NCBI RefSeq assembly: GCF_001194135.2
Contig: NC_068984.1
Coordinates: 99,009,296-99,049,932 of the forward strand
Length of the DNA stretch: 40,637 nucleotides
Direction of reading: 5' to 3'
Source of the DNA: Octopus bimaculoides
Taxonomy: Eukaryota
Shown: in pieces, positions 32,214-40,637 of the stretch
How the letters are laid out: each line of letters begins with the position of its first letter
How positions within the stretch are numbered: position 1 is the stretch's first letter
The notes under the pieces: model-generated
Seen by the model: only the letters and a program-made list of their open reading frames with translations
Database searches by the model: none
Told to the model about the DNA's origin: nothing
Translations under genes and position numbers: made by a program

Positions 32214-32362
32214 ATACAACAAGCTTCTTTCAGTTTTCATCTACCAAATCCACGCGCAAGACTTTGGTCAGTCATAGATTTCAGTAGAATACTTTTGCTC
32301 GAGGTGCCACACAGGGATCTCAGAACCACATGATTCTTACCACACTGCCATGCCTGCATCTA
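32214..32362 (-). mobile_element. 5' half of a family A SINE
   Basis: CTTCTTTCAGTTTTCATCTACCAAATCCAC..CTTACCACACTGCCATGCCTGC. Confidence 0.78.
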
Positions 32363-32984
32363 TTAGGTTATTAAGATCGAAAGGGTTGATTGAGAAGTAG
32401 ATATGTAAATAAGAAAGATGTGTAGGAAAAGATACAAACTTCCTTAGTTTTAAACTTAAATGTATGTGTAAATCAAATGAAATGTTGGTTGTGGGGTTAT
32501 CTGATATGATTTAATGTGTAAAACAAATGTGAGAAAGTACATTAAGCTAATTTAATATGCTGTGTATAAAATTATGAAGTTAGCAATTTTAGGCTTCAAA
32601 AGTCAATTGTTAAGCTTTTATATTTGAACAGTGAAAAGAATGAAAAATATTGGGAGATAACTAACAACTACTAGTTGTGTGATATGGATGTAAATGAAGA
32701 AATAAATAGAAAAATTATAAACATGCATAAACAAATATTTGAAAATAATAAAAGGGAAGTAAATAATGGATGGAAAGTGAAGAATAAAAGCATGAAATAT
32801 AAATAAATAATAAAATGTAAAAACTGAATAAACAGTACAAGATAGCAGTTACAGAGGCAATATGGCTGAATAAACAAGTAGCTCTGTAGCTCTGGAGTGT
32901 GTGCATATATATTTGTAATGATATGATGTATAAGTATAAAAGTGATATAGACACAATTACACCTCACCGCCTCACATGCAAATA

Positions 32985-33028
32985 TATCTATTTATATATA
33001 TATATATATTGAATGTCTATATTGGATG

Positions 33029-33122
<94 letters not shown>

Positions 33123-33175
33123 GATATATATATATATATATAGATAGATAGATAGATAGATATTGGATGTCTCCA
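32985..33175. repeat. (TA)n(CA)n(TA)n(GATA)n compound microsatellite
   Basis: Read directly. Confidence 0.97.
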
Positions 33176-33250
33176 AAAATGTATACACACTTTAACAGAT
33201 GATAACTCACTTAATTTTCATTTTTTATTAGATTTAACCCATCAAAAATA

Positions 33251-33450
33251 ATGGTGAGAACTAGACTGATCTTTGAACGATGGAAAGTTATCCTAAAGGG
33301 CTACAGGAAGTTTACAAACAGAGTTGAAGTGCAAAGACAGTTTAGGATGGCACTTCAAACAGATCCCCCTATGTGACTTACCATCACTTCAATTAGATAT
33401 AAGCTTGAAGTTGATGGTACTGTTCAGAATGTTCATAAGATGCATTGCAG
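33251..33450 (+). pseudogene. N-terminal DNA-binding fragment of a rosa/DD41D-like transposase
   Basis: MVRTRLIFERWKVILKGYRKFTNRVEVQRQFRMALQTDPPM*LTITSIRYKLEVDGTVQNVHK follows the pattern RLTFEQRK..VQRQ...PPTRLTI..I..KFE..GTV..V.K. Confidence 0.7.
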
Positions 33451-33669
33451 AGCACTGGTAAACAGATTCTGTTTGAGAGAATCCACTCAGACCCAGGGAA
33501 GTGACATGACAACTGTCCTCATATACAGCAGAATAAAAACATTCAGAAAGTTAGTAACAGGAAAAAGTAACTGTATAAAACTCTGGTATTATCTACATGT
33601 TGTTAGCTCAGAAAAAATGATATGTATAGACAACAGTGTTCTCCTCTGTCCAGAGAATAGCTCAGAAAC

Positions 33670-34320
33670 TTAATAGAAATTGTAGGTGGGAACCTCAGTT
33701 GGAGTGTCCATTTTAACAATTATGTTGAAATGGTATTCTAGAGGGTCAAATGTCATCATGCCCTTTTCCTCTTCATTTGTACAGTTACAAGTAGATTGTT
33801 GTAGCTCTTGTGGCTTTCCCATATTAAACAGACCATTATGAGAACTGACATGCCTGGGAAGGTAATTACAAAAAATAATGAAATATAAATATCTCCACAC
33901 CTCAAACACTCAGGCTCTAACTCCTCCAGTGCCACTGTGAATTCTGCATTATCTGGAAAATGCACTATGAGTATCACCCAAATGATCTCAACATCAAGTT
34001 TGAAATGCTATTAACATAAATGACTCACTTTACATAACAACATTGCAAAACAACTATTTTGCTTCAAGCAAACCTGCCTTTATTGAACACTATCCTGAAA
34101 GAAATTAAGGAAGAAATAGGCCTAATGATTTTCAAACGGTAAATGAAAAGATTTCTCCAAGGAATATTGGACAACCTGCCAGTAACTAGATACGTTTCAG
34201 TTTACACCAATTCCTTATTTGAGAGGTAACATGAAATATGACCTAAACATGACTCAAGGAACTTTACCAGTTGATGTTATTGACATGGTCTTGGCATAAC
34301 TCAGCCGTAACTTAGGTAAG
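33670..34320 (-). pseudogene. Probable P-superfamily (THAP9/Galileo-like) transposase C-terminal relic with two short introns
   Basis: YLVTGRLSNIP(L/W)(E/R)NLF at 34192-34145 resembles YLLT.RL.QD.LENLF. Then SIKAGLLEAK*LFCNVVM*, a GT-AG intron (34028-33953), exon NAEFTVALEELEPECL, a GT-AG intron (33900-33854), and an in-frame exon to TAA at 33670. Confidence 0.5.
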
Positions 34321-35008
34321 TTTATGAACAATATACATGTTGGTGTGTGTGTCCACACACAGACATTTAGATGCATGCATATCTAATTACACTTCTGCAT
34401 ACTTATGCACACACACACAAAAACATATACAAATACATATACACATACACATATATAAATACATATACACAAAAACATATATAAATACATATACACATAC
34501 ACATTTGCAAGTGCAAATATACATATACTTACATATATTTAAATGCAATCATGCATTTCTAAGCACATGCATACATATGAATATAAGAAGTTATATTGAT
34601 GCATGCATATATAAATGCAGGTATAGTTGCATTTATTTATATTAGCATACATATAGATAAAACCATTGAAACATGCTACCATTCATCAGAGGAAAACATG
34701 AAAAATGATGTATTTGCAGTTATAGGACAAGCAATGTGTGTATGGGTTATGATCGAGTGTTTATGTGTTGCATATGTGATCTTTATATATGTAAAAGTGA
34801 AGACATTTTGATAACTAGACAGTAGATAAATAAATTGATAGATAGACAGACGGACAAACAGACAGATAAATAGATTGATGGATATAATTATGGGTTTTAG
34901 TGTACAAGTGAATATATGTGTATGTATGAGTATGTGTATCTTTGTGTACATATACTTACATGCATGTATATACATACATCTATATATATTTATATATATA
35001 TATATATA

Positions 35009-36901
35009 GGCAACCAGGTGATGCATGAAGGAGTCATACCCAATGACTGGTGTAGTAGCACCATAGTCAACTGCTACAAGGGTAAAGGTGATGCATTAAA
35101 TACAAATAATTTCAGAGGTATTAAGTTGTTGGATCAGGTAATGAAAGTTACGGAGAGGGTCATAGCCCAGCTAATTAGGGAGAGAGTCAGTCTAGATGAG
35201 ATGCAGTTTGGATTTGTGCCAAGGAAAAGCACCACTGATGCTATATTTCTGATAAAACAACTGCAAGAGAAATACCTAGCCAAAAATAAACCTCTGTACC
35301 TGGCTTTCGATGACATGGAGAAAGCCTTTGACAGGGTCCTCCAATCTCTTATCTGGTGGTCAATGAGGAAACTAGGGATAGATGAATGGTAAGTGAAAGC
35401 TGTACAAGCCATCGACGGAGATGTTGTCAGTAAGGTGAGGGTTGGCAATGTGTACAGTGAAGAATTCTGGGTAGGGGTGGGGGTCCACCAGGTGCTCAGT
35501 CCCCTCTTATTCATCGTAGTCCTCCAGGCAAAAACAGAGAAATTCAAGACAGATTGCTCCTGGGAGCTTCTTTAGACCTTGTTCTAATTACTGAGTCACT
35601 ATCAGAACTAGAGGAGAAGTCTCAGGTGTGGAAGCAAGGATTAGAATTGAAGGGTCTTAGAGTCAATCTAGCAAAAACCAAGGTCTTATTAAGTAGGAAG
35701 GCAGACAAACCACAAATCCCTTCAGATAGATAGCTCTGCTCGATCTGTAGAAAAGGCATAGGTAGAAACTCCATAATATGTACCCAGTGTAAGCTATGGA
35801 CACATAAGAGGTGCAGCAATATCAAAGGAAGGCTAACTGGGAAGATAGTTTTTGTATGTGGCAGATGCTCAGGAGCAATAAACAATGAAAATGTGCAGAG
35901 AACAACTTCTGTCACATTCCAGGGGGGAAAACTAGAAGTAGCTTATAGCTTCCGTTACCTAGGTGACCAAGTCAGTAGCGGGGGAGGGTGCACTGAAAGT
36001 GTAGCTGCTAGAATAAGAATAGCCTGGGCAAAGTTTAGAGAGCTCTTACCTCTGCTGGTGACAAAGGACCTCTCGCTCAGAGTAAAAGGTAGACTGTATG
36101 TCACATGCATATGAATAGCATGGCAGTAAAACATGGGCCATGACTGCTGAAGACATGCATAAGCTTGCAAGGAATGAAGCCAGTATGCTCCATTGGATAT
36201 GTAATGTCAGTGTGCATACATGACAGAGTGTAAGCGCCATGAGAGAAAAGTTGAACTTAAGAAGCATCAGATATGGTGTGCAAGAGAGACGACTGTACTG
36301 GTATGGTCATGTGTTGCAAATGGATGAGGACAGCTGTGTGAAAAGTGTCACACCCTAGCAGTTGGGGGAATCTGTGGAAGAGGTAGACCCAGGAAGACCT
36401 GGGATGAAGTGGTGAAGCATGACCTTCAAACATTGGGCCTTACCGAGGCAATGACAAGTGACCGAGATCTTTGGAGATATGCTGTGCTTGAGAAAACCCG
36501 GCAAGCCAAGTGAGACCATAACCATAGCCTATGCCAGTGCTGTATAACGAGCCCATTTAAGAGTACCCTTCAATGATTGGACAATAAGCTATGCTTGCGA
36601 AGACCTGTTGAGGCAAGTGAAATCGTTGTCATGGCTGATGACAGCACCACCTGATTGGTACCCATCCCAGTAGAACATTAAAAGCACCATTCGAGTGTGA
36701 TCATTGCCAGGGCCACTGACTGACACGTAAAAGCACCCACCACACTCTCAAAGTGGTTGACGTTAAGAAGGGCATCTAGCTGTAGAAACTTTGTCAGATC
36801 AGATTGGAGCCTGGTGCTGCCTTCTGGCTCGCCAGCCCTCAGTCAAACCGTCCAACCCATGCCAGTATGGAAAGCAGACGTTAAGCGACAATAATGATGA
36901 G
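35009..36901 (+). mobile_element. 5'-truncated RTE-clade LINE: RT pseudo-ORF to the stop at 36513, 3' UTR and tail
   Basis: IPNDWCSSTIVNCYKGKGDAL..NFRGIKLL..EMQFGFVPRKSTTDAIF..DMEKAFDRV..VLSPLLF..FRYLG. YADD is destroyed by a small deletion. The tail matches 1-296. Confidence 0.96.
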
Positions 36902-38099
36902 TGCATGCCTGTGTATTATAGATATATAATAAACATCAGCTTGGATGACACTTTATTCAGCCAACAAAGAAAGGTGACCAATCAAACTGATTATGTAAAC
37001 AGAATTCTGATTGATCAAAAGTGTCTTCTCTCAAGCTCTGATTTTCTGCGTATCCTGCCTATTCTTTCGATACAGTGTATCAAAATTTTAATCCTTTTCA
37101 CACTTATAAAATGTCAAGCAAACTTTAAAATTTGTCATTACAGTTTTAGCCGAGAGACCAAACTGATAGTCTGATAACCTGCTAAAATATACATTGAAAT
37201 TGAAAGGAGAAAATAAACAGCTTTGCAAGTTTAACTCACTGTTTCTTAAACAAGAGAGGTGCGAAATTTAAGAAGTGACTTGTTAGAATATATACATCTG
37301 TGAGGAGACATAAACAAGAATAACAAAAATCTACTATACTAAAAGAACCGGTAATACATACAATACAAGTGTTCTATGAAGAAAACATAAGATTGCTGCA
37401 TAATTCAACATGAATGTGAAACGACATTAAACATCGTATAAGGTAAATGAAGGTTTCTGTAGGAATGCTAAGCCATACTTGCTTACTGAGTTTGTATTCA
37501 CAAGGATGAATTATGATCTTGTCATCAGTGTCAGATGCAGTAAGAGCTGATAGCAGTGATATCAGCGGTGATGAATTTCATTGTCCTAACATGGAGAAAA
37601 AGAGCAATAGCTTCCTGGAGGCAAATGCAAGCTAGGCATCTTAAGCGGGGAAAAACTGATCTATTTAAGGTAATTGCTGAGCTCTATTGCAATTGGTAGA
37701 AATTCCAAGCAATGTAAAATATGGCCCAAACCAGCACAAACGTCCAACTTCAAAGAGTAGTTAACCATTTAATGGTTTTAGTAAATTTATACAGAAAAAG
37801 TAAACATTATACTGTCCAGTATAAATAAAAGTCAACTTCATTATATTTTTTCTGTAAAAACCTATGCTGAGATTAAATGAGTCAACTTCCCATGTGAATG
37901 TTTACATTTGTACATCATTTATATGTGTGTGTGTGCTCGTATTTCAAGCATAAAAACATCCAACAACTGATGAAGGATGGCTCTTTATGCTGTTTGTCTT
38001 GTTTTCCATTTGTGTCTTTTGTTGTTCGAAAAAATGGTTCATATTCTATGTACTCGTACTTTGTATTTTTTTTGTACACATTTTGTGACGTCTTGTGCA

Positions 38100-38141
<42 letters not shown>

Positions 38142-38240
38142 CATATAGATGTAAGTATGTACATATACATATGTATATATGCATATATATATTATTTATA
38201 TCATTATATGATTGAATACCACGCATCCTCTTCCAAGTAA

Positions 38241-38274
<34 letters not shown>

Positions 38275-38502
38275 NNNNNNNNNNNNNNNNNNNNNNNNNN
38301 NNNNNNNNNNNNNNNNNNNNNNNNNNNNNNNNNNNNNNNNNNNNNNNNNNNNNNNNNNNNNNNNNNNNNNNNNNNNNNNNNNNNNNNNNNNNNNNNNNNN
38401 NNNNNNNNNNNNNNNNNNNNNNNNNNNNNNNNNNNNNNNNNNNNNNNNNNNNNNNNNNNNNNNNNNNNNNNNNNNNNNNNNNNNNNNNNNNNNNNNNNNN
38501 NN
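38275..38502. other. Assembly gap (228 N) within (TA)n
   Basis: Run of N. Confidence 1.
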
Positions 38503-38521
38503 ATATATATATATATATACA

Positions 38522-39501
38522 GTGAATGACATGCAAATACTTATGAATCATATTTCTGCTTTTTGCAAGGTATTTGGACTCAGCATTAGCCTGGACAAGA
38601 CTGTTGTCATGTTCCAGCCTGTATCAGAAAATCCGTATGTGGAACTAGCTATCTAGGTTGAAGGAACAATTCTGAAAGTGGTAGACAAACTTGTCTACCT
38701 GGGCAGCACACTCAGCTATTCTTGCTCCCTGGATAATGAAATATCTTTCAGGCTGCAGAGACCAACTGACTCCTTCCAGTCTCTTCAGTCTCGTGTCTGG
38801 TCCCAGAATGGCATCACAAAGCTAACAAAAATTGCTTTGTACCATGCATGTGTACTGACATCACTCCTTTACTCATGTGAGACATGGACCCTTTACAAAC
38901 GTCATGTAAGGGTCCTTGAATGCTTTCATCAGAGATGTCTCAGACACATTCTGAATGTTGGCTGGACCTTAAAATCTCCGGACACACAGGTCCTGAGGAC
39001 AGCTGATATCTTGAGTATTGAGGTGATGGTGCACAGGTACCAGGTATGTTGGACTGGACAACTTATTAGAATGAAGGATAACAGGATCTCTAAGCAGATG
39101 CTATATGGGGAACTTTTGAAGGGAAAGAGACCTCAGCAGAAAACAAGGCTGCGATTTAAGGACTGTGTCAAGTCCTCATTAAAGGCCTGTGATATGCAGG
39201 ACACTGACTGGGAGAACAATGCCTGTCATCGCCACAGATAGAGGAAGCAAGTTAAGGAGTGGGTCGACACTTTTGAGAGAGAATGTATTCTGCATGAAGA
39301 AATTAAGCATGCTGCTCGAAAGCACACTGCTGGTCTAGTGAATGGGGTAAGCTTGGTCTGCAATGTTTGCAGTCATGTATGCTTGTCAAGAACAGGGCTC
39401 ATTAGCCACCAGCAGAGCTGCAAATGCAAAATATAAGTTAGTCCTAGAGCACACAATATTCCTGAAGGTCAGTAATGGTCTTCCTCAGTCACGAGTGGAT
39501 G

Positions 39502-39508
<7 letters not shown>
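38522..39508 (+). mobile_element. 3' portion of a BovB-like RTE LINE (RT C-terminus, thumb, terminal zinc finger, short tail); 5' part lost in the gap
   Basis: FGLSISLDKTVVMFQP..VVDKLVYLGSTLS..VLTSLLYSCETWTLYKRH..LECFHQRCLRHILNV..KQMLYGEL..RLRFKDCVK..CNVCSHVCLSRTGLISHQQSC. Confidence 0.92.
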
Positions 39509-39556
<48 letters not shown>

Positions 39557-39620
39557 TGCATGCATGTATGTATGTATGTATGTATGTATGTATGTATGTA
39601 TGTATGTATGTATGTATGTG
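39509..39620. repeat. (TA)n(TGCA)n(TGTA)n microsatellite
   Basis: Read directly. Confidence 0.96.
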
Positions 39621-40213
39621 TATCAATTATGACTTTTAATGTATGTTAATATGTGTATATGTATATATATATATTTACAAATGTGTATACATACATATCC
39701 ATAAATATTTCCAGAAGAGTATGTGTTTGTATGGAAAGAAAGAAAGAAGGAAACTTTGAAATTTTGATAGCAGGCCAATTTCATGGTTAGAAATACATGG
39801 AAATCTCTCATTCCCTCTCCCTTTTCTATGCACACACACATACACACACACACACCTCTCTATATACATCTATGCAGATTCGTTAGAAAAAGTCATTCCT
39901 GCCTAAAGGAGCACATCATCTTTGGACATAGTAAAAGTTGGATTGAACTGAATGAAAACTGAATATAGAAAAAGTTATCTTTAGAAACTAATTACAGGAA
40001 AATGCCACAAGGAATTTAGTGGTTATATTTACAAAGCCAGTATAAACCTTCAAGTTTCCAATTGTTTCTGACGTTTACATATTTTCTTCCATGGCCTCAT
40101 TTGGTAAATACAGTAAGGTAATAGGAGGGAAACAACACTGAAAATACACCAATAAATAACAACACTTTGCTTCTATATTGAGTACCTTTTCTTCTTATTT
40201 GCAAACACAAACA

Positions 40214-40245
<32 letters not shown>

Positions 40246-40289
40246 GTGTGTGTGTGTGTGTGTGCATGATTGTATGTATTGTATATGAT

Positions 40290-40467
40290 ATTCTTTTACT
40301 TGTTTCAGTTATTTGACTGTTACCATGCTGGAGCACTGCCTTTGGAGGGTTTTAGTTGAACAAATCAACCCAGGATTTATTTCTTAAGCCTAGTACTTAT
40401 TCTAGCATTCTCTTTTGTCACAGGGATGTAAATACACCAACACATGTTATCAAGCAGTGATGGGGGA

Positions 40468-40509
<42 letters not shown>

Positions 40510-40520
40510 CACACACACAC
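40290..40520 (-). mobile_element. 3' half of a family A SINE ending in (CA)n
   Basis: TTTTACTTGTTTCAGTTATTTGACTGTTACCATGCTGGAGCACTGCC..AAGCCTAGTACTTATTC. Confidence 0.85.
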
Positions 40521-40637
40521 ATACAGTGTGCAGTGAATATATTGTCGTCTAAATAATGCAAAAATGAAAATAATACTCACCTCACACTCTCTCACACTCT
40601 CTCTCTAAATCAGTCCCTCTCTCTCTCTCTCTCTCTC

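Noticed and set aside
36791-37174. 127-aa plus ORF
   Set aside because: Starts inside the RTE 3' UTR; the rest has no recognisable motif or splice structure.
37487-37585. 99-nt minus segment with good acceptor (TTTTTCTCCATGTTAG) and donor (GTAAGC)
   Set aside because: Stop codons in all three frames; a non-coding exon cannot be supported without RNA data.
37761-37780. AACCATT-T-AATGGTT palindrome after TTAA, a possible second collapsed piggyBac
   Set aside because: AT-rich, short and lacking a right TTAA; compatible with chance.
38101-38551. ORFs spanning X residues
   Set aside because: Artefacts of the N gap and flanking (TA)n.

Overview
AT-rich, microsatellite-rich eukaryotic genomic DNA. 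The SINE, LINE and MITE families look like those of an octopus (genus Octopus; inferred from repeat content only). I found no convincing host protein-coding exon, tRNA/rRNA gene or CRISPR array, so the window is probably intronic or intergenic. Most of it is decayed mobile DNA: about 14 tRNA-derived SINE copies or fragments; RTE, BovB-like RTE, CR1 and L2-like LINE relics; a Penelope cluster at 6.9-9.8 kb; a Helitron with both termini (13724-16823); mariner DD34D, maT DD37D and rosa DD41D transposons; piggyBac, hAT and pogo-type MITEs; a Gypsy integrase relic; and a probable intron-containing P-superfamily transposase relic. Almost all ORFs in the supplied track are microsatellite or TE artefacts. 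Most interesting: (i) three different hammerhead-ribozyme motifs within 2 kb, one with an intact core and a long GNRA-capped stem II at the centre of a ~190-bp inverted repeat; (ii) a 252/253-identical local inverted duplication crossing a LINE-SINE junction, plus a second local duplicate sitting in a microsatellite; (iii) a Helitron carrying ~1 kb of unexplained cargo; (iv) the P-like relic; (v) a C4HC3 PHD finger inside an RTE reverse transcriptase. All translations and alignments were done by eye; no database search was run.
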